A stretch of DNA of 64,000 nt from Yuukianura sp. NJ FZ-2021 (Eukaryota), in NCBI GenBank assembly GCA_046563655.1, contig CM102286.1, positions 11,532,001 through 11,596,000 of the forward strand, read 5' to 3'. A program made the position numbers and the translations under genes. The notes under the pieces were generated by a model that saw only the letters and a program-made list of their open reading frames with translations, was not told where the DNA came from and ran no database searches. Of this stretch, positions 1 to 13,900 are shown in pieces (within the stretch, counting starts at the first letter, position 1; each line of letters opens with the position of its first letter).

Positions 1-143
1 GACGAATGCTATTGGATGTCTTCAGTTTGCTCTTAAATTATGTAAATGCCACTTATATAAATGAACTGATGTAAATGAACCTTACGAAGTGTTTTTCGTC
101 TTCCTTCGGAGAAAAAAAACAAACTAAGAGAAATTGTGAAAAA

Positions 144-1164
144 AATAAACTTCTTGCAAAGACGGTATATATAAGTATCGTCAGATCAATTATAGAGAGT
201 GGATATTGTTGACGTTGACCTCTGATATTGTTAGAGATCCCTGGAGGTCAAACAACATTCGCAATTTTAGTCAATTTGTCGTCAAACATCAATCCCCAGA
301 AACAACTTCCGAATCGGTTCATCCGTCTCCGGATTGTAAAGAAAACGATGACCTTGAGCATTGACCCTGTTAGAAGGTCATTCGAGGTCATCAAAAGTCC
401 ATACATGCAAACGGCTTCCGAGTCTGTCCATTCTTTTCCGTATTGTAGATGGAGCATAACTTTGACCTTTGGTGAATCCAAATACTGATTTTTAGTCATC
501 TGGTCAGTAGTTACTAATAAAAGAAAACCGCTTAAAAATCAGTGTAGTGGTTATCAAGTTATAAGCTTTACTGACGGACGGATAGACAGACGGACGGACA
601 ATAAGATCCCTTTAAGTATCTGACGATATTTAAAAATGTACTTGAGCTTGACCTTTGACCCGGAATTTGGCCACTTCCGGTCAAACCAGAAACCGATTAG
701 TCACCCATGTTCAATGCAAAGGTCATCTCAGAAGACAGGTTGAAAATCGGTTCAGTTGTTCCAATGTTATAGACGCGCGTAGCATGGGCGACGCCATTTT
801 GCAACTTGCAGCGTCTATATCTCTAGAACCGTAGGTCAATAGTCAAGATCACCGACAGAAAAGTTGTTCCTCTCATTGAGATGAACAACTTTTGTAGAGG
901 CCATTTTTCCAAATTCCGTCGAAAATGTACTTGACCTTGACCTTTGACCCGGAAGTTGGCCACTTCCGGTCAAACCGAAAACCACTGGTCCACCCCTGGA
1001 CTATGTATAGTTCATCTGTGAAGACAGATTGAAAATCGGTCCAGCGGTTCCAGAGATGTTGTGGCTAGTATAGTCGGACGGACAGACGGACGGACGGACG
1101 GACGGACAGACAGACAGACAGACAGACGGCCATTACGATCCCTATAAGTATCTGACGATACTTA
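144..1164 (-). mobile_element. Non-autonomous Helentron-associated (DINE-1/HINE-like) element, family A, composite copy
   Basis: Subterminal IR TAAGTATCGTCAGAT (172-186) / ATCTGACGATACTTA (1150-1164). Terminal hairpin TAAGTATC-tgac-GATACTTA, (GACA/GACG)n microsatellite and AATAA at both ends. A second internal terminus lies at ~613-632. Same ends as 49608-50745 and 54193-54895. Confidence 0.8.
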
Positions 1165-1331
1165 ATAAGGATATAAAGAGTACAAAGAAAAAATTCAAAA
1201 GCATCGAAATGTTGAAATCGGTTAATCGACTTTTTTATTAACTTAATGAAGTTAAGAAATATTTAATAGCAGAAGATTAACCTACCCAAAACTCCCTTTA
1301 AGTATGATCTAAAAACTTTGATTTTTTGCAG

Positions 1332-1963
1332 TTATTGTGTTTTCCGATGCGGAATGCGATCTTTGGCTATGTTCACGTCTTCATAATCATTTTCATCTGA
1401 TTCGTCGTGAATTTGTATTCCCATTGGTTTGGGAGTCTCCTCCAGAAAAAATGGTGCGACGATGAGGCAAAGAATTGTTGAAACTGTAAATACAATTCTA
1501 CATTGAGATTTTCGTTCAACATTTTATAAGTTTAAAAACGATGGATGGGTTTAACTCACCGCAAACTATACTTGGAAAAATATTATGAAAGTCAAAAGTT
1601 GCAGTATCATTTGAAAGAGCCTCGGACAAATAAAATATTATTTCAAGTGTTAGACTGAAAATAGAAATACTAATGACTGGTGTGTAGTGGATGAAAAGAG
1701 CACAATGTGTCATGGTTACTCCGTTTAGAAGGTTGTAAATTCCAAGAAGACGGGTTGCAGTCGTTGAACCTGCAATGAAAACGGAATTAAATTTTAGCGA
1801 AACAAATTGCAGTTACAGATTTTACTCTACCATTTCTCGGTTCTGTGAAAAATTTGCCCAGAAATTGGTTGTCATCGGTGAAGCAGCGTATGGCGTTACT
1901 GAATTCTATGAAGGCCACAAACGCAATCCAACCTCTCATGCCGTAAATCAATGAGTGCACCAT
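1332..1963 (-). CDS. ERG28: Ergosterol biosynthesis protein 28 homolog (3 exons: 1963-1831, 1769-1560, 1483-1332)
   Basis: Spliced translation MVHSLIYGMRGWIAFVAFIEFSNAIRCF...TRLLGIYNLLNGV...HCALFIH...FYLSE matches the ERG28 family pattern (LRSW...GN...ARTFGIWTLL...CA..IH...FLSE). GT-AG introns are in phase. Confidence 0.85.
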
Positions 1964-3013
1964 TTTGAGACGATGAACCCCACTGCGTTATTAACTCTGG
2001 AAGTACTAGGCAAATTCAAATTATATTTGAGTTTTTTTATTTATAAAATTAAAAGTTCAACGTTTTTTAATCTAAAAGCTTGCAAAAATGAGTAATATAA
2101 AAAAAAAAGTTGGATAAGTCGGTGAAAGGAGGAGCGTTGAGCTTTAGTATGTATGATACTATTCCAATCCACGCTTGCGCCACCATAAACTAAATAACAA
2201 AACATAAAGCGAATGAGTTCACAAAAGTTCCGTATGAAAACGGATTTAACCGAAGTTTTCGAAAGTGACAATCCATACAAGTTTCATCTTTCGCTTCCTT
2301 TCACCCGAATTCTCAGATTACCAAATTTATTTTAATCATTCAACGGAAAGAAAGGTCAGCGTTTTGACGTTTGCTTCTAAAGAATCGCAAAATCAAAAAC
2401 ATTATATCGTAACAAATCATCAAAACAGCGTTCTCCTCTGGGCAAAAAATCTACATAAAATGTTTGCTTTCACCAGTTTTAACATTTGCATAATACATAA
2501 TCAATGTTGAAATTATAGGAATACATTCCATAGGGAAAATGTCAGAATGTTCCAATATCGAGTAACAACATTTCACGGTTTTAAAGAGATTCCTGTTAAC
2601 TATTTAAACAGCGAATTACGCTGTAAAAGTTATTGATCGAATAGGTTTTTCGCTGGGCAGTTTATTGCGCCTGCGGTTTTGATTATACCATCGGATATGT
2701 GTGGGCGTAGATAGAAAGAGAAAGCATAACCACAATAGCTAAAAAAAAAAAGAAAAGGAAATTTTATGTCTACTCTTTCACAAACAAATTTTCAGAGAAA
2801 TTGGATCAGAATCCTACGTTGTACTTGTAACACTCAGCGTCGACCACAGTAGTTAACCACAGTATACCTCTATTAACTATACATACTTTAGGTTGAATTG
2901 ACTGGGAGTGATCAATGTTGCTGATTTCCTAATTCCAGAAAGTGAACTAAATTGCAGGTGAAACAGTGATTAGTGGTTTGAAGTAAACTGTAACCAGGTC
3001 TGTCGCTGGAGAC

Positions 3014-6000
3014 ATGCTTCTGACGCCAACAATACTGATGATGACGTAAGAATATTGAATACATCGACTTTATAATTCAATTTTTAACTGTCATTTGACA
3101 CATAATAGATATGCCTACGCTTGTATTGGTGGTCTATGTTTTACTTGGAGGCTTTGAGGCTTGAAAATGCTTTTTGTGTTCAATTTAAAAAACAAAACAA
3201 AATTTCTAAAGGTTAGACCTCAAAATCTCAAAATTCTGGTTTCACCATATCGAAGGTTCAGCGAAAACTTTATGTTTACGAAGAGATTTACGATGACGAA
3301 CTCCAAGAAATTTGTCGTTAGTAATATAATAGTAATGGGGACTTTTAGATTACACATGCGATTCTGACAATTCAAATGCTTCGCTCAACCCCCAATTATG
3401 TCGGCAGAATACTCAACCTCATGTATGATGCATTTCGATTAGTATCCGATGGCAGCGGAAGCATTTTGGAATTGACTCTTCACTTGTAGTTCGTTCCCGA
3501 ACAAGACGCTTCCGGTAGTCCTCTGCTTTGTGGTTAATGTTTTCTTAAGTTAGCATGATAACTTATGCCATAAAGCAATGCCGTGTTCTATGTTGACATA
3601 TCAAAACCGAATTTCTGATGTAAACTGCAAAAAAAAAAAAAGAGACAGACAGCAAAAGGTCAAACCAAAAATAATGTTCCGCTGCATTGCGATTTTTTTC
3701 TTTAATTACATTAACAAAAAATTGCATTCTACGTTTTTTTTTATTTTTATTTTTATTTTTTTTATTCTACGGATTTATTATAAACCCAGTTTTTAAAAAC
3801 AAAACAAGCCAAAGGCTATTTTGTAACTTAATCATTGTATGCATGAGAATTCTGTGTTCAGAAAACACTGCAATAAACTTATTTCTTGTTATATTTTGTA
3901 CTTTCAAGGGCGTCTAATAACCGGGAAGATAGTCGAGGTGGAGACGACGACAAGCAACGCGTAAAATATAACGACGTGAAATCAGGAGGCGCGACTGAAA
4001 AATCTCCATCCTGTGAACGATATTCAGTCGGTCCAAACACAAATGACCAAACTCCACATCACGTAGTACATAAAAAGGTATTTAAACCAAAGTAATTAGT
4101 TAGTTTAGTCGAGATGAACGTAATGAAGCCACCAACTAGCATTTCGTTGAGTACGCAGACGACGCTCAAAAGAAGAGGTCGTTGTTACGATACTTGACGG
4201 TTTCTGTTGATTTATATTTTGCCGCATATTTTCCATGGTTTCTAGATGGAACTTATAATTGAAACGATGCAGGACGAAGTAAATGGAGTACCCGTTCGAA
4301 CTGTTAAGAGCTTTCTTACCAAAATTCCATCTGTATTTACAGGTGAGTACAGCAGAAAAAAGCTACCTACTAATATGATAATATGACTATAGAAAACACA
4401 ATCGGCTCCTTAAATGGGTAAAACCGTTGTTGGGTTTCCGGACTATTTGACCTCTCATTCTTAGCGTATGCAGCACGTCTTCGCCCGTTTGTTTAAGGAC
4501 TTCAAAAATATTTTCATGGAGAAGGAATTTGGAAAAAAAAATCTGGAAGTTCATAATATCGCAATTTACAAATTGGGTGGAAACCCCACGCAATGACAAG
4601 TTTTTCCAACGTTTATTGGGTCCCGCAAATTGAGTTTGTGGCGTTGAAAGGCTATTACGTAGATTACAATTTAAAGTTTCCCGGAGTCACGACACTTCTT
4701 AAAGCCAACGGCTACTTTACTTCATTTTTGCTGTTTCAGGAACTGATTTGATTTGCTGGATACAGCGACATTTAGACGTCGAAGATCAAAGTAAGAAAAA
4801 CTCTCGTGCTCGCTCATGCTTCATACCTTCCTATTTTATTGTGTTATGTCAAAGTCACATTGCATTTGGCTTGTCTAGCTAATAGTTTTTGGTGAATCAC
4901 ACTATAATTTATAAATTAATTATAAAACTATGAATTATTAAGTAGCGAAAGTATGAGCTACTTTATGTTTTTGCCCGAGTCTGTCTGTCTGTCCGTCTGT
5001 CCGTCTGTCCGTCTGTCCGTCTGTCTGCTGGTCAAGCTAGCTCTGGAACCGCTGGACCGATTTTCAATTTTTTTCCACAGATGAACTTGACATGGTCTGA
5101 GGGTGAACAATCGGTGACCCGTTTGACCGGAAGTAAACCCCTTAAGGGTCAAAGGTCAAGGTCAAGTACATTTTTGACGGAAATCGGGAAAATGTCATTT
5201 ACAAAAGTTGTTCATCTCATCGAGCTGAACAACTTTTGTATAGGTGACCTTGACCTTTGACCTGGAGTTCTGGAGATATAGACCTTAGAAGTTGTAAAAT
5301 GGCGTCGTTCATGCTACGCGCGTCTATAACTCCAGAACCACTGGACGGATTTTCAATCTGTCTTCACAGTTGCGCTTCACATGTTCCAGGGGTGTCTAAT
5401 CAGTGTCCAGCTTGACCGAAAGTTGTCCAGGTCAGGGTCAAAGGTCAAGGTCAAATACATTTTTCACGGAAATCGGGGAAATGTCCTTTACAAAAGTTGT
5501 TCATCTCATCGAGCTGAGCAACTTTTGTATAGGTGACCTTGACCTTTGACCTGGTGTTCTGGAGATATAGACCTTAGAAGTTGTAAAATGGCGTCGTTCA
5601 TGATACGCGCGTCTATAACTCCAGAACCACTGGACGGATTTTCAATCTGTCTTCACAGTTGCGCTTCACATGTTCCAGGGGTGTCTAATCAGTGTCCAGC
5701 TTGACCGGAAGTTGTCCAGGTCAAAGGTCAAGGTCAAATATTTATTGAGGGAAAGCGAAAAAATGACCTCTACAAAAGTTGTTTATCTTATTGGGCTGAA
5801 CAACTTTTGTAAAGGTGACCTTTGATTTAGGGTTACAGAGATACAGACGATAAAAGTTGCAAAATTACGTCCCTCGTCCTACTCGGGGAAGCATGACCTA
5901 CTTTATGTTTTTCTCCTAGTCGGTCTGTCTGTCCGTCTGCCTGTCTGTACAATAACTATACCTCCGAAACCCTTGGATCGATTTGCAATCTGTCTTCGTA

Positions 6001-9000
6001 AATCAGTTTGTCATAGCCTGGGGGGGGGGCGATTAATACGGTTCCGGTTTGACCGGAAGTGCACAATTTACGGGTTCTGAATTCTAGCTTCCTTTCGCTA
6101 CTTGCGTACGGCGTTTACAAACGGTTTATTACAAAACATATATGCTTCTTCAACTGTTGTTCTAGCTGAAGCTCTCCAGGTTGCTCACTTGCTCTCAGCG
6201 CATGGGTACATATTTCCAATTGACGACCACGTATTGACAGTTAAAAACGATTCTGGATTTTATCGTTTTCAGGTAATACTAACTCAAATACACATTTGTT
6301 GCAACTATTATTAAACCAGTATGTGTACATCACTAACTTTCGCATTGTGTATTCAGACCCCGTACTTTTGGCCGAGGTAAGTTCGTTATCCCAATTAATG
6401 GGTCAAATAATTTAATTTTGTTTATACGTGGAAATCAGATCAAGCGTTTAATTAAGTTTATATGGTTCGTATTCATTTTCCTAAAGGGGCGAGTTGGCTC
6501 AGTGGTTAAGCCATCAATGCTTTTCCACTGGCCGGCCTGGGTTCGCACCCAGTCAGCGGGAGAGGAAAAAAAGAAGTCGAGGCCGTGGGTCCTCCCTGTC
6601 CCGAAGCAGGGAGGCAAGTGCTGGACTTCTGGCCTCTCCTGCGGCTGCTGTGTGGACACCCCAAGATAAAGGAGAGTGTCGGGGGCACCGCATCTACAAG
6701 AACTGCCTGCCGTGGCTACAGTACCAAGCTGACCTTGAGTCAGAGGTCTGAGCCTAAGCAGGTAAGAGCTTCGCAGATCTTGGTGTTTACTGATTACTAC
6801 TCCTTGAATCAGTCCATTAGGCAAAAAATACTCATTCAATCTGATTTGTTTATCGAATACGGACGACCTCCGTAAGGTGATAACATTCAGATTATCATAA
6901 TGTGTGTTTGCTCAGAAGGGACGAAAAATAACGCTGTTTCTAAAGGGGTTGATGTTGAAATATTCCATATAAGCGAATGCTCAGCGTGAGTCAGTCACCT
7001 AAATATAGGTGACTGCTCCCCCCAATAAACATATATATTCATTTTCCTACATAATATGCATTTTATTAATTATTGTTAAGTGTTTCTAATATTTCGGGAA
7101 TTTTTATAGTAATTACTGGGATCCAGAAAATTCAGACTATGGTTAGTCCAAAAAACCCATTAGATGCAGCTTCATTTTTGAAAATGGAAAGGAAAATTAA
7201 CTAAACTTCGAATTTGATCGCCATAGCTGTTTACCTATGCAAACGCACGATGCAAAATAAAACGCGTCTGGAACTCGCTGACTACGAGGCAGAAAATTTG
7301 GCACGCTTGCAGAAGATGTTCTCCAGAAAATGGGAATTTATATTCATGCAGGTATGTGATTTATACTTGTTGAAAAATATTACTGCTCGTGTAATATTAC
7401 ATTAGAACAGTCAGTACTAAATATTTCACGTAACAGGCGGAGGCTCAGAGTAAGGTGGACAGAAAACGTGATAAATTGGAGAGGAAAGTACTAGACAGTC
7501 AAGAACGAGCGTTTTGGGATGTACACAGACCTTCGGTAACAAAACATGCTTATAAGTTATACGCTTTTACGTCACTATATTATAAAACGTTTCTGAACTA
7601 AATGTAATGTGACGTTTAATGTTTAATTAGCCAGGGTGTGTAAACACTACAGAAATGGACATAAAGAAGGTATGCAGAATGAATCGTCCAAGACACGGAA
7701 GTGAGCGCGGTAGAACTAAGGGATCGGTCATACCAAAAAAAGAACCACCCCTTACTGCTGTGGACTTGACAAAACAAATCAAAGCATTGAAACATAAGCT
7801 TGACCGTCATTCTATCAATGTATCCAAAGTAGCTGAAATGTAAGTTGTTAACTTTAAGTTAAACTTTATTAATTGAGTAATGAAGCTCATACTGCTGCCA
7901 GGCACTTGACCTATTACGAAATGTACTGCGAATACGACGCTTTCATCACGTCTCCAGAACCGTCAAACCCTTGGCTATCTGATAATACTGATTACTGGGA
8001 TGCGGAAAAAATTGGGTGCGGAAAAAATTTATTAATTAACCGCTATCTGAATGCAATTTTATTAAATTTGTGTTTAGATCTTTATAAACATATGTTTTGT
8101 GCAATAGGAAGGATATTCCAGCCCGCCGTGTACGTCGCTGGGGCTTTTCGGTAGAAGAACTTCTAAAAGATCCTGTTGGAAGGGAACATTTTGCAAAATT
8201 TTTGGAAAAAGAGTTTTCAGTGGAAAACCTCAGGTAAAATGCTTGGCATATTGTATTTTGCTCGTATGAGAAACACATCAGGCGCAGGAAATACAAGTTC
8301 CCACCAAAGCGATGGTATTACACAAACACAACGCTAACTTCACATTACCTGCAACGCCGTTTACGCTTTATAAATGTTTATAAACATTACAAATGTTTAC
8401 AAACAGCAAGCCTACTCCACATATTCAAAATTAACCAAAAATTCCAGAATAGTGCTTAACTACGCAGGTTGGAATTGTGAAATCAAGGTTAATACGTATT
8501 TAAGGAAAATGTTGAGCACTCCGACTATACTTGGAGAAGTTCAGTAGTCAGCGGTAAAGTGATTCAACTTTACTGCTGACAACACGAACAATTTGTCGCA
8601 AGAAATACTTTGAGTATAATTAATTATAATTTTGATTCATGTATCGATTAGGTTTTGGGAAGCGGTGCAGGAATTGAAAAGACTCCCGTCAAATGAAGTC
8701 CCCAAGCAAGCACAAGAAATATGGGCGGAATTTCTTGCACCGGATGCCACGTCCCTGGTCAATGTTGATTCTCAGTCATATGACCAAACGCGGAAAAATA
8801 TTCAGCAAAATCCGGACCGCTGGACCTTCGATACAGCCCTCGTAAGTTATCATTTCCAGCAAGGTTACAATTATCGCTTAGATAGATAGAATTGGTGCGC
8901 CACTACTAAACATTAAAGTATGAATTCACCAGCTACAACCTTTGATTCTTGTTTTCTGTACTATATAGGCACATGTGTACCACCTCATGAAGAGTGACAG

Positions 9001-9102
9001 CTATTCTAGATACATCCGGTCTGATATGTATAAGGACTTCCTAAACGGTGCAAAAAAGAAGGTGCTGTTTCTGTCATTACCCGCAAAGTTTAGGAAACAA
9101 TA
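3014..9102 (+). CDS. RGS7: Regulator of G-protein signalling, R7 family (DEP-DHEX-GGL-RGS), multi-exon; start and last exon tentative
   Basis: Exons encode [109 protein letters not shown] and [14 protein letters not shown], all hallmark RGS6/7/EGL-10 motifs. Confidence 0.93.
4939..6130 (+). mobile_element. DINE-1/HINE-like element, family B, in an RGS7 intron
   Basis: Subterminal IR AAGTAGCGAAAG (4940-4951) / CTTTCGCTACTT (6092-6103). 5' hairpin AAGTAGC...GCTACTT, (GTCT/GTCC)n tract, internal ~0.3-kb tandem repeats, and a 3' stem-loop CGTTT-AC-AAACG followed by GTTTATT. Confidence 0.8.
6486..6800 (+). mobile_element. tRNA-derived SINE in an RGS7 intron
   Basis: Pol III A box TGGCTCAGTGG (6495-6505) and B box GGTTCGCACCC (6540-6550). 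A GC-rich non-tRNA body follows and ends in a short TAC-repeat tail. Confidence 0.7.
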
Positions 9103-10929
9103 AGGAGACACTCTGCGAGGATGCGGAAGCGGAAAAACATAAGAATCTCATCTACTCCTACTGTAATTGTTGTGGTGACTACTGGGCGGTATTTCCGTAT
9201 AATGCGAATGGTAATAGCTCCTTCTGCATTAAATTTTCAGTTGAATCATTACCATGTATTTCTATTTGTATTCAGTATTTGTATTTGTAACCTTATTTCT
9301 ATTCAGTTTTGCTTGTTGAAATACCTAAAACATTCTCATTACCGCAAACTATGTAATCTAACATGGTAGGTGAAATCGTTAAGTCAAGTATTTAGTTACC
9401 CTTTGTGCAAATGGTTGTTATTTCAACAAAAAATTTGGCGACTTTTCTGAGTTCGATACATAACATTCATCTACTACATATTGCAGCATTGTGGAAGAGT
9501 CATCGTGGCCACTCAAGGGAGGAAAGTGAGAGTTAACTCTCGCTTTGAATTCAAGGTTATCCAGCACAGGAGTTAACCCTCACTGCACGAACACCAAAAC
9601 ACGGGTTGAAGTAACCCGGATACGGGCTCATTGTACTCAAGTTTTGTTTTTTCTCCTATTTGTTTCAAAGACTGCGATATACTACGATTATTCTGTCAAA
9701 CTGGTACATTCGCCACACTCTAGACTAACTGCGTTGCCGATAGGCAACGTAATCTTATACTATGATCGGTAACGCGTTAACGCCCTAGATACATCATGTC
9801 GAGCTTATCCGCCATCTGACGTCAATGCTCTGCAAGTTATGCTGTTTCGAAATTTCCATTTGGCCAAATTGCGATAGATTAGTACGCTATTTTCCGACAC
9901 GGAACACTATTTCAAAAAGGAATTTCCAAGGAGTTTCCTCAGGAATGAATTTTTATCAGTGACCCGCTTATTTGAGTCCAACAAAGTAGGAGAAATTTTA
10001 ATTTGCGCAGTACGGGGAAAGGATGCTGCGGCCATCTTGTTATTAAAAACGCCCATTTTTTTTTTCTTTAGCGGAAAACCAACAAAACCACATAGCGAAC
10101 TCGTTGATAACGCCTGTTACTGGCGGGTTGAAAATTGTTTTGAACTGTGCTTCGTACGGAAAATAGCTGTCGCAATTTGGCTTATTTCGCATTAGGTAAA
10201 AGATGAAGCAGTAAGCTTTGGCATAAGTGTATAACACCCCTGTCTGTTCCTGTGGTGATTAAATTAAGCGATCACAATGCTCCTACCAATTGTATGTTCA
10301 ATTTCACGAATAAATAAAGGCAGTTTTACGTAGTTGAACGTTGATTTTATAAATTCCCTCCAAGAATGCTGTTTCTTTCACTCAAGTCAGCGTATGAGGG
10401 ATAGTGCTACGGTGCAATGACAGCACAATACAATTCATTGGAAAGTGAAATATTACACAAAAACCAAAAGTCTAATTAAGTTATTAAGCGGTAACCTAGG
10501 CGGCCGTAGGCGCCGCCAACGACAGGCTAGTATTTTATAATTTATTCGTTCTCCCAGAAACGCAACCTTCCTTTCCTTCTGTTGATTCCGTTCGAGTACT
10601 ATTCTGTGGTGTCTAGTCTTATGTGTGCTTCTATATAGCATAATAGCGGAAGGAGGATGTCTAGCTGATTGGCACAAAGTTATTCACTTTCTTTTACTTT
10701 GGATAAGAATAATAACAATATAACAAACTGGTGGAAATGCATCCAAGGAATAAAAATTTCAGTATGTGGTATAGAGGTAGAAAATGTCAGTATAAAACCT
10801 TACATTCCTGCCAGCATCTTCTTTTTCGTAATACTTCTCATTCGGTAATAAGCAATGACAGGAAAGGTAATCAACTTGCCACATCAGCCTTGCTCTTGCA
10901 ATTTGATGTTCTACACTTTGCACAGCCTT

Positions 10930-13900
10930 TTACGACTCCTGAATAGACGTGAAGTTCCCGTTGCTGCTGGCCAACGTAATTTTTGACTGCTGTTCCGGTA
11001 ACTTGTTCTTTGGCTTCGACGAGTTGTCACCGCGCCGGGAACCAAACTATAATGGAAATTGACATTAATTTTCAAATGAGAATTCAATCTTAGGAAATAA
11101 TTCTACTGCTTAGCATTCGTTATGGATATTCTTATGTGAACAAATCAGACGTTAGCACAATGAACTTTGGTACTAAAAGCAAGCAACGGTGGTGCAAGAG
11201 CAACATGACCGATTTGAGCTTGCTTTTGCGCTACTCTCTTGATCATGAGCAGCACTTATATGGAAAAGTTGCCAAAACATGTTATCGTGGATTGGATGCA
11301 ATTTTTTTTAGCATGTAGTAACAGTAGTACTCACCCCCCACAAACTAAGTGATGACATGTTGGAACGAAGTGGTGTCGTTGTAGCGGTCTCCGAAGTTGT
11401 CGAAGTGTCCGTATTCTGATAGGACTTACTAAATGCGAATGGGCTGAGCATCTGCGACACTGTCCTTTTAAGTTTGCCAGGAGTACGAGACAGGCTTAAT
11501 GCACGAGAAACCTGTTATTTGATTGTACAAGAATATTTTGAATTAATGAGTTAATTGATTAAAAAATATGTTCTTGTTTTTTGCGAACTTTGTGCCTGGT
11601 GCTGTTGGCAAACTTGGATGCCTTTTCTAAGACTGTGGAAGACAAAGATGAGAATTCCAATCGAGAGTATTCTTCGGTTACAAGTTTAATTTCCTGAAAA
11701 AAAACAGAACTGCAATGTAAACTTCAATAACAAACATTTGAAATTATAGCATACATAGTCTAAACGATCCACAGCATCTGCAGCTAATTTGGCGAGGCGA
11801 TGCAACAATATCATTTTCGGCCAATTTGGATCGTCAGGCAGTGTAAAACCAAACACACGTTCCCGGTTCTCGTGAGGTTCTCTTACAATCAATGCGAAAC
11901 ATGGTGCATCTCTGTAAACAATATGAAAAAATATGTATTTGACGTCCCCCGAACCAGTAGTGAACTAAAAAACTGAAATATTTGAACAAAGGGTAAAGGA
12001 TATAGAAATTGATGTAGTAATTATAATTACCGAATATCCACCACGCGGACAATGGCGACATGATATATCATTTCTACAAATTTATAAGGCTTCTGTGAAT
12101 TTTGCTGGCTGCGGACAGGCTGTTGCCGTGCTGTAGTCGACTTTCTAGACATGCTAGGGCTGCGCATGTTGACAGTCGAAATGACGGAGTTTAGATGCTT
12201 GTTGTGGACGGCATTGGCCCTCCTCTTCACAATCAAGATCGAATCATTGAAAACAATCAAACTCAGCGGCTCATTCTTTTGCCCCCATGTTTCAGTAATT
12301 GAATTCACGTCAATCCTAAGTTGCATCGAGCGCTGAGCTGAGACAATATCAACCTGTAAACAAAACAAACAATGCTCAAACTCTTTCGTTCGTTCAACTT
12401 TACAGTTGAGATGAACAATTTAAGAGACCTACCGGGCATCCATCAATGTCATTGTAGATATCAAACATGGCTATCCTGGCCTCGGTGACTCGCTTCCCTT
12501 CATTGATTGCTTTGTTTACTGACGTAATTCCCTCCACTGCTTTTACCATCCACTCAGCATCAGGATTTGGGTCTTTTGTTCGCTTTACAAGTGCGGAGAG
12601 AATAAGAGCTGTTGAAGGAAGCCGCTGAATGGGTCTGATCAATAGCTCGGTCAGTGACTGCTTACCAGATTCGGGACGACCTATGCTCAAACACAATACA
12701 ACAAAAGTATTGGAAATATACTATATTATATTTATTTACTATATTGTATTACTTTGTGCAATTTTAAGAAACGCCATAAACCGGGCGTCTTTCTCTTCAC
12801 ATCGCTTAATTTCGTCCTGCGTCGCTTCAAAAAAATTCACGAAGGGTTCATACGCCCTTCGAAATGAATTTACCTGAAGAGACATAAATTACAATTTACG
12901 CTTTAGTTAACACTCAGATATTGACATTGGAAACTGAATAAATTTCGTACATGATCGCAGTACACTTTCCCAATCAGATTATCCTCCGACCACGGCATCA
13001 GTAAGCGTGATAAATCTCTCAGTAATCTTCTATGTAGTGAGTAAATTGGCAGGATCGTATGGAAGATAGTCTTGATTTCTAGCGGCCCTAAAATAGCGCC
13101 GCCGGGTTGGGTTGTGTCTTCACATGGCTCTTTGAAATTCTATAAACAATATAAACAATAATTTCAACGATATGATTTTAGAACAGTTTTTGTCTTCCAG
13201 CAATAAAGAATAGGAAACTTGAGGCGCGTAACGACAACATTGTACAATAAGTTTGTCTCAAAAGGCTGACAAATTATTGATTTACGAGGTTAATTGGTTA
13301 ATGCCTAAACAAATAGGTTTTCGATCGCAGAAATTTAATTTTAGCATAAATGATTTCTGCAAGGTGTTGACTGTTGTGACAAATTACTTACCTTAACAAT
13401 GTTAACCAAGATGGCAACGTAGTTTCGTTCCGTTTCAATGAGATGAGCAAATTCAGCTTGTCGAGGAGACATTTGTTTGAAATCAGCCGTCAACAGGAAG
13501 TCGTTGATCTGTTTTAAGGTATTACCAAATACTACGTCTGATACATCTTCGTCGGCTCCTAACGAGTTACCGCCCAAATCTACGACGGTGGCGTCAGATT
13601 GCGTTATGTCTGTGATGATCTTTGGAGGGAGGTCGGGCAGGACAAGAGAACTCACGTTGGCTTCGCTCCTGAAAACCACACAGAAATATGCTACTCAAAA
13701 AATCATGTTGTTTGCTTAGATGACAACCGCGGTCGGTAAGAGTTCTTGACCGAAACCATGAATTAAACAAGACGTCGTCGTGTTTGCTTTACTTCATGAA
13801 CTTACTTGCGGGATTCCTTTGGTCTCTTTCGTTTCCATCTGCCAAGCCTATCAGATGTGCTCCCAGGCGTATCCCATGTTCCTCCTGGATCATTGCCTGG

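Noticed and set aside
6486..6560. Functional tRNA gene
   Set aside because: No proper acceptor stem or oligo-T terminator; it continues into a SINE-like body.
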